A stretch of DNA of 64,000 bases from Hamiltosporidium tvaerminnensis FI-OER-3-3 (Eukaryota; Fungi; Microsporidia), in contig CM061251.1 of assembly GCA_022605425.2 (NCBI GenBank), forward strand, positions 806,001 through 870,000. Reading direction: 5' to 3'. The position numbers were made by a program, and so were the translations under genes. Below, one piece after another: positions 24,134 to 36,412 of the stretch (its first letter is position 1; every line of letters starts with the position of its first letter). The notes below the pieces were generated by a model. That model was not told the origin of the DNA and searched no databases. It saw only the letters and a program-made list of their open reading frames with translations.

Positions 24134-25766
24134 TTTCGCGGTCCATAATGCCCCCTGTTATTTCTAATCACCGCCCCCCCCTTATATTTTCAATATATTT
24201 ATAAAACCCTTTATTTACTATTCATTATCTTTGACGCCCATAGATTAAAAATTAAAGTATTTTGTTCCTAAATATAATAAAGGTCAAGTGAAAATAAATG
24301 TTTATAACTTTAAATTTTATTTTTCCCTCCGAAAATATAATTGTAATCAATTTTAAAAATAAAGCGGATTTACTTCTAGCTTAACATTTCTTATTTTACA
24401 AATACTTTTTTTTTAAAAAAAGAGAAACTAACAAAGTAAAAGTAAATCTGCTTTATTTCACTTTCTAAACAGTTCTTTTTTCAGCATAAACGTTTTCTAC
24501 TCAATCATATTACAAATAAAAATATTTGTTACTGTAAAGACAGAATCATCATAAAAAGAATCAGAGGGAGTGCGTTTAGTCTTTCTATTCCCGTCAAAAT
24601 TATTTTTTTAACAAAAAATTATCACCAATAAGAAGATTTCTTATTGTTTTTTGAATCTTTACTTTCTCTGATTTTTTTTTATATTTTTCAAAATGTTATC
24701 ATACTTCTGTATCAGTTTCAAGGTTCATAGAAATTTCAGAAGCTGTGGTTTTTGGGTATGAAGCAAGATAGTAGGGCTTATTTACTTCATTATATATCAC
24801 CGGGTCAATCTCTAAATTCCCCTTTTTACACCGTGATCATATTTTCTTGATGTTAATACCTCGGAACTAATTGCGTCGACAAATACTGAATAATCTTTTA
24901 TATCCATTGTCAAATACTACAAAAAAGAAGATTATAAATACAAGTTGATCATTAAAAGGTTGAAATGCTGATTTATTTGAGGCACTGTGTATTGCCCTAT
25001 TATAAGCCCAGGTAACATCATTATAAAAACCGATCCATCTTCTTGTACCAGTAACATATAATTTTCTTTGCTAACTATCTTTTGATGTTTAATTCATCCG
25101 TTCAATTTGTCCCCAAGCCTTTGGATTGTGCGATCTTTCATATATAATTTGAATCTTAAGTGTAGTTAAGTATGTTTATAGAAATTCATGCAAAAATTCT
25201 TTACCATTATCGGATTGAATCGCTGCTGGAATGCCAAAATTATAATAGAAATTTATATGAACTTTCTACGAACTATGAAGTCTTTTTGATCGTCTTAAAT
25301 CACCAGAAATTGTAAGCGTGTCGATTATGTTTCAAGTCTAATAATCACATCATTTTGATCAGCGTATCTTCTAAGATCTACACAATCAATCATAAATAAA
25401 TTATATTTTTTTTGTGAATTTATTAATTGCAAAAAGTCACTTACTTGGAAATTTGTTTCCTTATTAATGTTATTAGATTTTAAAACATTTATTAGTCTAT
25501 AATATTAAACACTAGCAAGCCGTATAACTTAGCATATAGCCTATTTTTATATGTATTGCCTATTAACCGTTTAGTTTCAAAGACTGTAATCTGACTATAT
25601 AAATATAGAAATATCATAGGAGCAATTGAAGGTGGAGTAAATATGAAATAATCAGGAAATTGTAGGATAGAAATATATTACAGATAACATATATCTATTA
25701 TAAATAAAAGGTTTTATGAATATATCTAACTGCATTATAAATAACGGTGGCACTATGACCGTGACA
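24134..25766 (-). mobile_element. Ginger-type (rve integrase) DNA transposon fossil with terminal inverted repeats
   Basis: Minus strand reads MIDCVDLRRYADQND and FGIPAAIQSDNGKEF (~25200-25395). Left end TTTCGCGGTCCATAATGCCCCCTGTTATTTCTAAT is the inverted repeat of right end ATTATAAATAACGGTGGCACTATGACCGTGACA. Flanks TAAT/TTAT give 3 of 4 matches to a 4-bp TSD. Confidence 0.7.
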
Positions 25767-25789
25767 TTATGCAACACACTTCGAAATTG

Positions 25790-27193
25790 ATAAAATGATT
25801 ACATTAAGTGGACAAAAATATGCATAGATTCCCTATGCATATGTAAATATGTAATATCCTGTGAAACCTGTAGAAGATTAAATTTTTGAAGGCACGTAAG
25901 CCAATTGTACAAGCAATATTACAAAAAAACATAATTTAAGGATTTATAGTGTATGTCTTAAGAGATATGCTGAAAAAAACCATAGATGTTGTTGGATTAT
26001 ACATTTAATTAGCACTTATACAAAGCATATTTGCAGTTTCAAGATGGCCAAAAAGACTTCACGGTCTGTAAAAAATTTATTAAAATTCCTATTTGATAAT
26101 TTTAATTCCAGTAGCGATTGAATCTGATATTAAAAAGAATTTAAAAATGAATTACTGGAAACATACTTAACTGCTTTAAACATACAAATCATACATGAAA
26201 GATCGCGCAACCCCAAAACCGAGGGACAAGTTCAACAAATGAATCTAACAATTTAAAGATGGTTAACAAAAGGTATATGAAGCATTTACAAAAATGTAGA
26301 TTGGGTTTCTTATCATGTTATCCGCAATTATAATAGAACAATATATGGTGTTATAAACAAATCAATTTTCAGCCTTTTTTGTCAACTTAGATTTAATAAT
26401 CATCTTTCTGGTTATATAGTGGCGGAATAAATTAACGATAATTAGTATTTGTCAAATTAGTTATTTCTGAAGTATTAAGCTCAAATAACCATGATTCAAC
26501 ATAAAAACCGGAAGCTAGAGATTGCGTCTGAAATGTATAATTAAGTAAATTAGCCCCGATATCTTGCTTTAACTTCAAAAACCACAACTGCTAAATTTGA
26601 TAAGAATCTTGAAACTGATACAAAAGTAGTAAACGTTCGAAAAATACAAAAAAAGAATCCTAGAAAGTAAATATCGAATAAAATAAAAAGTGAATCTTTA
26701 TTGTTAGTAGAGTTACGAAAAAAAATTCAAAGTGCATACAAATACCAAACGCGGCGCATTAGATTTCTTTTATAAAGATTTATTTTTACTGTGACCAATA
26801 TTTTTATTGGTAATATGATATAATTAGACACAGTAATGGTTAAAAAAACTGTCTACAAAGGCACAATAGAGCAAATTTAAATTTTTTTAAATCAGAAATG
26901 CGTGGATAACATTTAAGAAATTTAATTTTATAGATTTTAATCAGAAATATGTTTGCAGGAAAAATAAAGCAAAAACTATATAAACGAATTTTAACTTGGC
27001 TCGTGCTATATTAGAAAGATAACCACTTCTTACTTTTCAAAATTCTGGGCTTTAAAAAAGAATGAATAGTAAATAACCAGAGGAGAGCCAAAAGATTTTA
27101 CAATCATGAATTAAATACATTAAAAATAGAAGGAAGGGTTCACTAGAAATATTGTAGGTGTATTCGAAAAGGGAGACACTGTAGACCGTGACA
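25790..27193 (+). mobile_element. Second Ginger-type integrase fossil, opposite orientation
   Basis: YVISCETC zinc finger, CLKRYAEKN..CWIIHLISTYTK, IPVAIESD..., IIHERSRNPKTEGQVQQMNLTI*RWLTK. The 3' non-coding part matches the reverse complement of 24200-24340. Ends GACCGTGACA. Confidence 0.75.
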
Positions 27194-28899
27194 ATAATTA
27201 ATTATGCTACATAATTCAGGATTTCATTTTGGTTTTTTTAGTATAAAATAGTAAAAAAATATTATTTGTGGTTATAAAATCTCAAAAACTAAATTATTTT
27301 TTTAATTACTGATTCTTAACAAATTTCTTATTATTGTAATTTTCCTTATCGTTTTATTTTATTATTTTTTTTGCCTATTTACAAAAAAAAGCATCCTCTA
27401 CAAAAAAATGTGACTGACAAACCTAAGATGTCCGGATAGCTACCGCTGGCCATATTTTAGAGACCTCTGGTCTTCAATAAAAATTATATTTAGCACGGAT
27501 ATAAGAAAAGTTAAATTTTTTTTAATAGAATTTAAAATAGTTTTACTAATACTTATTTTTTACACAAATGTATACATATCTGACTTTGTTTTGCAGCGAG
27601 CCACATAGAGAACTTATAATTTTAAAAGTAAAAATTATATGAGTCTAAACAAACTTAAACCCAATTTTCAGACAAGCGACCTGAAATACAGAATTTTTTT
27701 AAAATTTATTTTTTCTATTAATTTAAATTGCAAAATAATATTTTTTAATAGTACACAGGAGAATTTAAACTATCCTATCCTAATAAAATTATTTGGAATA
27801 ATTTCTCATCAAAAAGGAAAAAAAATATGATTCTGAGGAAAGTTTTTTTCTATATATAGAAAATTTTTTCAATAACTTTTTGATCGCTTCCTAAACGTCT
27901 TTCTAAGCAATGATTTTCTTCTATATTAACAACCAATTGTGTTTCTCTGTATATTTTGCTAAAATTATAAGAAAGGATTATAATTCACAGGAAAAAGTCG
28001 CTATTTATAATAATTTCGTGAATAATATTTTTTAATCATAGAAAAATATTGATAAAAAATTATATGTAGAATGATCTCGTGTTTTTAAACAAGTAAATAG
28101 TCTAGCCGATAATCAAGACAGTTCTTATATTTTCCGAGATTAATTTTGCTTTTTTCATTACTTAGTTAAAATTTTTAATCTGTTAAAGGCTGTTGGTATA
28201 TGATTTAGGAGTTTATAAATTAAAATTGCACCATTTTCGCCAATACATATCTCTTTTTGCTCTGTATTATCGCTGAATTTTGTCCTTGTAAAAAATATCA
28301 TCTGTAATTTGTTTTTAAAAATTAAGCTTGCCTAAAATATGATGTTTATTCGGCAAAAAAATCGTCTTACTAATTTTTTTGGCCTAAATGATTTATTTAA
28401 CAGAAAATCATTACCATCTTAACTCTTTTTTTATATTTTATTTAATTTAAGCACCTTGAAAAACAGCCGTCGCGCAATTTGATAGCATTTTCATATCTAA
28501 ATAAGCATCTATATAATAATCGCGTGTTTATTTTTTTCTTTCCAATTTTCCACCTCATATAATTGACAAGCGAAGGTTGCTCGAAGTAGAGTTTTTCGTT
28601 TTAAAACCCAAACTAATAGTTAATTTACATTTTCATTATATTCTCTAAAAAGACACCGAGTCTTAACGATAATTAAAATAATAGCATTCCTTCTTCTATT
28701 TAAAATTGATGTTTTTTACAGTAAATATATACAAATTGGTCTTAATCGGTCAAAGTTAATAAAAAAACAAGCCTTTTCTACATGAATATAGCTCATCTTT
28801 TAATTCAACATAAGAAACTCAAAATTTTTATATTATACCTTATATTTAAAAAAAAATGATTTCAGAAACCTTAGACTATATTTTTATGAACAATAGAAT

Positions 28900-30400
28900 A
28901 TACTGATTATGTTAGCTATTGGTTACATTGTTTAAATATGCGATAAAAGCATGGAAGTTAATATAAGATGTTTATATTCAAGAACTATATCTATTATGGA
29001 AAACGGAAATCACTATATACATTGTATAAATTTTGAAAATAAGGAAAAATTAAATTCATAAAAAATATCTAATAATGATTATAATAACTTCAGATAAATC
29101 TATTGCATGTATTTTTTATTTATATTAACCAGATATAAATTTAGATTTTCTTGATAAAGGAGAAGCTAAACAGTTCAATATGATTTATAAATAGGCATAT
29201 AGAATTATGATTGCGCATATGATGGAAAATTTTTACACAAATGTAACTATCAGTTTCTGTCTAATAGAATATTTTAAGAAGACACTTTTTGAAGCTGAAT
29301 TTATTAAAAGATTCGTTTCAGATTCGTAAATTAAAAAGTAGATTATAAAAACCTGGCAATCAACTTGAATCTCATGTGTAAATAAAATTTTAGATAATTC
29401 TTCAAGAAGTATCTTAACGATATCCTAGTAAACCATCGAAAATATATTAAAACAGCTATTAAAAAATAAGCCACGATAAAAATTCGAGCTATATAATCCG
29501 ATTTCACTTGAAAATATAATTTATAATTTATTAGTAAGTCGATAAAATCTTGTTGAAACCTATCGAAGGGGTTTGAGAGCTCTCAGAAGAATCATAATTA
29601 CATAACATATATTGTATTGGAAAATATACAATTATCACAGACAAATTTACTATATAAACTACTATTATTCGAGAGATAGCATCAAACTCTTTTTGACACA
29701 AAATATTTGGAAATAATAAACACCAATTACAAAAAATCAGTCAAAAACTGTATTAGCAGAACAAATAACTAAATAATAAGCATCTCTTCAATTCTATTTG
29801 ATGAAAAATTAGATGAAATATTTTTTTATATAAGAATTATTTAGATAAAATGAAAAATCTGATTTTAAACATATGATAAAACCCCCAACTTTTAAATTCT
29901 AGATAAACTATTAACGATAAGATTATATTCTTGTCTTATGAATTAAGTCTAGTCCTAAATGTGGTGCTGAGATAATCATTCATGTAAAACCTATGACTTT
30001 GTTATTAAAAAAACTATACAACATACTTTAGAAGACTTCCAATGCTGATGAATGTAGATACTTACGCTTGGTTGATATAACTTTAAAAACAGTCAAAAAA
30101 ATTTTCTTTGATGGACGAAAGGGAATTGAGTCAAGATCAAATGGTAAGAGAGTTGAGATAATTATACATGGTTATTATAAGAAGCTGAAATACACGAGGA
30201 ACCAACACCTTCTCAAAGACGAGCAAATAGTGAAGAAGATGGTGTAACACGTAAATACAAAAAATTAACTTACCTTCTGTTTTATACTGCAAAACTCTAG
30301 CATTGAAATCAAAATAAATTATACTACACGTCAGATGCAGGAGAGAAGATTAAAGTAAGAAAAAGTTTGGAAAAAATTGTCCCTGAATTTTATTGCATAA
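28900..30400 (+). mobile_element. Old, decayed R4/Dong-type retrotransposon copy
   Basis: 30080-30400 aligns with the element 3' region (TTTGATGGACGAAAGGGAATTGAGTCAAG, CACGAGGAACCAACACC, GAAGATGGTGTAA, CCCTGAATTTTATT). Upstream relics KNLAIN and (G)RGL are weaker. The left boundary is uncertain. Confidence 0.6.
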
Positions 30401-30425
30401 AATTGGATATGTGCTAATAAATTAA

Positions 30426-31150
30426 GGTTCGAGGGAGAATAACCACAATATAAACTTTCTGCTTTGCAACGAAGACACGAAATTGGGCTAAAGATCATTA
30501 TTTGAATTTTTAGTAGGAATAAAACCAGACTAAATTTCCGGTTACACCATGAGAGTTTGTTTGAGGATGATTAGATCTTTATAATGGCGAAACCTTTCTA
30601 CAAATCTATTTTGCAGTTTTTTATGTAGCAAGATTGTGAAATGTATCTGAAATTTTGAGTAATTGTCATGTAAGGCAGGATAACCTAGTCTTGATCACAT
30701 GATTCAGAAGACTTAGGGTCTGAAATACGAAATTAAAACCCTTTAAAGGCAGGAAAGCTATGTATAATGTTATAGCTGTTGGTATGACTTTGCACGTCTT
30801 GGTGAAGATCGTGTAAGTCACTGAGATATATTTTGGCTAAAGGTTTATTAGGTTCGGAAAGGGTAAAGTAAGGAGAATGCTGCATAATTTCAGGAAATCT
30901 TAGCAGCAGTTCCGGCCTACGATCACACTCCATGCAATAAATATTAACAAACACCAGAAAAGTTCTTACCGGTTAATTAGGTTCTGATACTTGTACCATG
31001 AAAGGATTCGGAACGTAGGTATCGAAGATGGTACCGATGGAGTTTTGGAGAGCAGTTGTTAATGTTAAACCCAGAATTGCGTTAATGTTCTAAAAAAAGA
31101 TGTAACATATGCCAATATATTAAGTAAATTTGATATTCTTAAAATAAGCA
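30426..31150 (+). repeat. Dispersed family A, copy 3
   Basis: GAGGGAGAATAACCAC, TTTCTACAAATCTATTTTGCAGTTTTTTATGTAGC, GTTATAGCTGTTGGTATG, TTAATTAGGTTCT, GGTACCGATGGAGTTTTGG, GATGTAACA. Confidence 0.85.
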
Positions 31151-33774
31151 TAAATTATAATCAAACTTGTATGAATTAAAGGATATTTCAGAATATATAT
31201 TTGAATTACTTAAGACTTATTATTTTTTTAATGAATTAAATACTACTGAAAACGCCTAAAGAGTTTTATTTAAGAGAAACTCCCAATAAGGGCAATAAAT
31301 CAACGTATTTTGAGTATTTTATACAACACAAAACTGATTGATCGTTTTTTATCGTATCTATATATGATTAAGTGTTCAAAGACTTTTTCTTTTGGAGTAT
31401 CAATCTACTCCAAACTTTAAATTTATTAAATATTTGCAAATATTTTTTTACATACTGGTATTTTATAAACAAAAATTGGAACATTTGATTGGAATGATAT
31501 TAATTAGCCTTAAATGAAAAGTAATTTACTTTATAAAGATTATATTTGCTTTATTCGCGTAATACAAACCACAGTAATTATTTTTTTAAAATTCGAAAAA
31601 TATATAATGGGAAATACCAATTTTAGGTGACCTCCCTTGCTTTATTTCTTAAACTTGATAAGGCACTCGGAAGGTCACAAGTTTTTTTTGCGTTTTTTTC
31701 CCATAAATAAAAATGAAACGATTGATGCACTTATTTAATAGAAACTTATTAAAGATGTCATATCTCCAATCCTTTGTTTCCATATATTTTTATACATATA
31801 AAGTTAATATATAAGAATCAATTTCTTAATTTAAATTTTCATTTAAATTCATAAGTAATTTATTTAATATTTTTCGTAAATTTAAGATGGCATAAATTTT
31901 TACTAATTGATTCGAAAATATTGTACCTCGATATTTTTTATTTCTACCGCGTATCCATAAAAATTTAATCTAAAAGAAAAAAGAAAATTTAATATAGAAA
32001 GCATATTGAAATTTTAATATACTGTAAATTAATATCTTATATATATCTAGAAATAATATTTGTTTAGTAAATTTATAAATATATGATTTACTCAACAAAT
32101 ATTGGATGGTTACTATATTTCTTAGGTTTAATATGGAGTATTATATTCAAAAAATCCTTTAAAACCAATTCCTTTTCATTGAATAAATAATTTTTAATTC
32201 TAGGTTTGGTGTTTTAATAATATCCTTATTATTTATATAGCAATTTAAATTTCAAAATTATATATCATACTATCAGATAATAATAATACTATATCGATAA
32301 TAGTTTAATACCAAATGTGGTAAGTGACTTTCTTTATGCTGATCCGTTTTTGAATCCTCAATCAGCCATTAATATTTCAAATTTTAAAACTAAATCAAGT
32401 TTCGTATTTTATTTTTACATTTAAACAATTGAATTTACTAAATATATTATATTGTGCTGTTTGTGTCTTTATACAGTTGTATTTGTATTGTATTCATAAC
32501 TATTTGCGGAGTTTATAATGTTTCGTAATCTATTATTTGATCAAACTAATGAGAATTTCTTGCTTTTTGAGTACCAATATTATGTTTTTGCTAAAATGAT
32601 CGACCTTTAACTTTTTGAAGAAAAATCGTATTAATAAGTAGAATATCAGTAAAAATTTTTAGGTAGAAATTTATCAAACTACATCTAAAGATAATATTTG
32701 AAGCACCGTAAATAAGTTATGAGATTTGAATATTATAATCCGCAGTTTAAAACAAATTATGAAAATTTTATGGGTTTGTAGCAATGTCTCGATCATTTTT
32801 CGAGTATTTATAACTGATTTTAATATGGAAAATAACTCTTATTATTGCAAATCTATTTGCAAATATTTCTTGTACACTACACATTTTAATTTGAACGGAC
32901 GAATATATAAATTTTTTCAACATTAGACTTTACAGTGACAATTTAGACTGTAAAAAATTACAAATCTAAAGAATATAATTCGAAACTTTAGCAACTGCAA
33001 AATTTAACTCACAAGCGTTGATCATTATGAAAAGAGAAAGTTTCTTTACTTGGTATTATGTTTTGCTCAATATTATACTTTACATATTTGTCTATTTTAA
33101 TTTTGTAAAGTCATATATATTTCCTAGATTTTCGAAACAATAATTTTTAGACACAATCATTTGATCTTAATACAATTTCAGAGTCCAATGAATTGAGCTT
33201 TATACACATATAAAAAAATACCATTAAAAAAAATTACACAATTAAACTATTCTGAAATCCGCAATAATTCCTTATTGGTTTACCTTTGAAATTTGGTTTC
33301 GCTACTGCATTAAAGATTGCTTTTTGAAAGAAAAGAGTAAGAATCCTGAAATATTTACAGCGCCGGTATTGAATGGTTTTCTAAATAAATTTTGGAAAAT
33401 TGTAGAGTTAAGTACATTATTTTAATTTACAATGCAAAGAAAGAATTAAGAAATTTAGGCTAGCCGTTCTTTTCCCGGAAAAACATCATATTATACTTAG
33501 CGTACTCTAAAAGGCAGTTCCTCGTCACCGAGTCATATAATTCGATACTATATTTTTAGAATTTTCATAATTTTGAGATTTACTTTAAACTGCCTTTCAG
33601 AATATATTTCTGCTTTGGATTATTCACAATAAATAATAAATTGGAATTAAAAATTTATCAAAAACGAATCATTTGTTATATTAAATCTTAGATGTTCTCA
33701 AATACACCGATAAATCTCAATATGCTATTAATGATATTTTTATTTTCAATATGATAATTAATTAAAATATACTG

Positions 33775-34230
33775 GCTGGTAAGGTCGTGAAACGAACTGA
33801 ATTTTATATTCATAAAAAAACAAGGAGATTTTATTTTAAACTTTTTTACTGAGTTATACTTTCTTAATATTGTAAAGTAGGTTTTTATACCTTCTCCACA
33901 TCTGTTGCTCACATATTTGCTTGGTCTCTCAAATCAGAATTATTTTCACTCCTGAGAAGTTTTCTAATAAAACCTAGGTTCATTTTTAAACTGCATATTT
34001 TCCTCTTCTTTTTTATTTACTTTTAATTTTTTAAAGGTTCAGTTTGGCCTTATATGTCTATTTTGTTCACCTTACAGCATATTTTTATTCCGATCAGTTT
34101 TCTTTCTTCTTAGAAAATTTTCGTGTAAATTGTTTTCTGTGTCTGAAAAACCATTATTTTTAAAGATATGTTATAAGAGGTAATTTATGTATTGTATCTA
34201 TTCTTAGTCATTTTTTAGGAATATCTTTGA
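33775..34230 (-). repeat. Dispersed family B, diverged inverted copy
   Basis: The reverse complement gives ACATATCTTTAAAAATAATGGTTTTTCAG and TATGAATATAAAATTCAGTTCGTTTCACGACCTTA, matching 5550 and 5905-5940. Confidence 0.6.
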
Positions 34231-34848
34231 ATTTTGCCCGGTATAAAATTTAATGATACTATTTGAAGCTTAGTTGTTTTATTCAACGATTATTAAAGAT
34301 ATAGATATATTCAAGCCGAAAAGGTTTTAAAACATTGGTTCTATTATAGAATTGTTTATCTGTCGGTAAAAAAAACTTATAAGAAATTCTATAATTTATT
34401 ACATTCATTTTTACTTAAAAAAATAAAACAAATATATTTCTTAATGTTATATCAATTACATACTAAAATCCAGAAAAGTTTTTTAATAATGTGTGTAACA
34501 ATTTGTGCACCATTCAACGTTTGGAAGTGTTTCATGTTATATTTCCACATATTTTTATTGATTTTATAAGAATTTATGAATGAATTAAAGAGTCATGAAT
34601 TTCATCGGAATACTGAAATCGTTTTCACACTTTTTTAGACGAATAGACATTTCGAAATAAGTCAAATTAGACATTACTTGATTGTATAAATGGTAATAAG
34701 CTATGACATCATAATCTTGTTTTGCTGAAATTAAATCTCAATATTCTAGTTATTTTTAACAGCGTCTTACTTCTTTTGTTATCCTGAAGTTTTGGGCTAA
34801 TACCGATAATCTATCGTGTTTTTTATAGAGATGAATATAAAGACCCTG

Positions 34849-35156
34849 TGCCACTGGTCTAGTGATGAGGATATCGAAATTCAATTCTGAAGAGCCATGT
34901 TCGATCCCTCCCCCCTTCCCACTATGCTGGGTACAGAATTGGCTTGGTGAATTAACTGTCTGTCGAAGAAGCGACTAAAAAGGACTGTTTCTCAGGTTGG
35001 GCGTAGGGTTTACAACCCACCATTTAGAACTTCCTTGTTACGAAACCCAAAAAAGTAAACAAATTTACTGGAAAAAGACCGGTGGACGGTATTTCTAAGG
35101 TAGACCAAGACTCGTGTAGGGCTATAGTGAAAGGATGAACGAAGCAATAATAAAAA
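34849..35156 (+). mobile_element. tRNA(Glu)-derived SINE with RTE-like body and tail
   Basis: A-box TGGTCTAGTGA, TTC anticodon-loop relic and B-box GTTCGATCC, but no acceptor stem. The body is shared with 42441-42680. Tail GACCAAGACTC...GGGCTATAGTG...GATGA resembles RTE 3' ends. Confidence 0.7.
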
Positions 35157-35299
35157 TTTTTTTTTGCTCAAATCTAACCAAATTTTTAAAAACTTTTTTA
35201 CAAATAAACAAATATGTACATACAGCATTATTATGTTCTTTTCCATAGATTTCACGAATAATCTAGCATATTTGTGACTCCTTTTTGATTAAACACGGC

Positions 35300-35800
35300 A
35301 TAACACATATCTATTCTAAGCCTTTCAAGCCCACAATTTCAGCGCAAAAAATTTAGAGTAGTTTTTGCTCTAGTGACATCTTTCATTCATAGTACTCAGA
35401 TAAGTATTTTAGATAAAGATTATCAATATAGCCATCAGTAATTTTCAATACCAGTTTTATTCGTTTTGTGTATCAGTAGATTAAAAATCGATTTCGGATT
35501 GTATTAGCTGATATATAGTGTGAATTAATTTTTTAAACATGTCAATGCTAAATGAATCGGTCAGAGTCACGGGTAGAAAGCTGCGAATTTAAACTAAATA
35601 AGCATGGTGCATATATAAACGAGAATGATTACTGTATTGAGTTATTAGGCAGCTATAGATCACGAAACACATAGCCAAAATGATTTTTGTTGAGACAAAG
35701 ACTGATCTTTTTATGGACGGAAATGAGATAAGATTTCTTCTCGGGCTGAAATACGTTTTTAAAGCTTTTTATTTTATTTTGACAGTTAGAATATTAAATT
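35300..35800 (-). mobile_element. Possible Gypsy/Mag gag fossil
   Basis: Minus-strand KTYFSPRRNLIS resembles the gag motif xFxPxxNxxxER. The rest is too broken to confirm. Confidence 0.25.
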
Positions 35801-36412
35801 GTGCGCCATGACTACGAAATACTCTATGCATTACAAAGAAAATTGCAAGTACGGACATTTTATAGTTTAAAACATAATTTTTTAAATTAATATGTATTAT
35901 TATTTCGCTATAAATTTTCTATGATGCAAAGCTTTTTTAGGTATTTTACTTTAATTTAAAACTCATTATATGCTATCTAGCAATGCTTATTAATTTATTA
36001 ACGTAGTACGTTTTTTTCAATTAAGAATCATTTGTGTTTGGTATAATAACATTGAAACATTTAAATAATGCAAATATAGACAAAAATACTTGATATCAAA
36101 ATTTTAGTTGTTAATTATTCGCGTAATTTTTAAAAAGTATTTGTTCGACCAAGAGTTACTAAAATCAAACAACATCAAAAATAATGTTCACTTAAACTAA
36201 TTAAAAATCATATTAGAAATTGAATTCTTTAATTTATTCAGTTAATAAATTTAAATTAAAATGGTTCAAAATTTGAAAAAAAATTCTTTTTTTTATCGCA
36301 ACAAAATATAGATAAAATATTCCAAGACCAAATCTTTATGTATTTATATTAAATTTTTTATGATAATGTATAACATCATCTCTATATAATTAATATCTTG
36401 TTTCCCTTAAAT

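Noticed and set aside
27420-27610. hAT-like terminal fragment (GGCCATATTTTAGAGACCTCTG; GCGAGCCACA)
   Set aside because: Only one putative end, with no matching TIR or TSD found.
31850-33650. Possible additional decayed LRR-family gene (also 27850-28700 on the minus strand)
   Set aside because: The texture is coding-like, but I could not recover diagnostic motifs or a consistent frame by eye.
34849-34920. Functional tRNA-Glu gene
   Set aside because: No acceptor stem or T-run terminator; it continues into a repeated SINE body.
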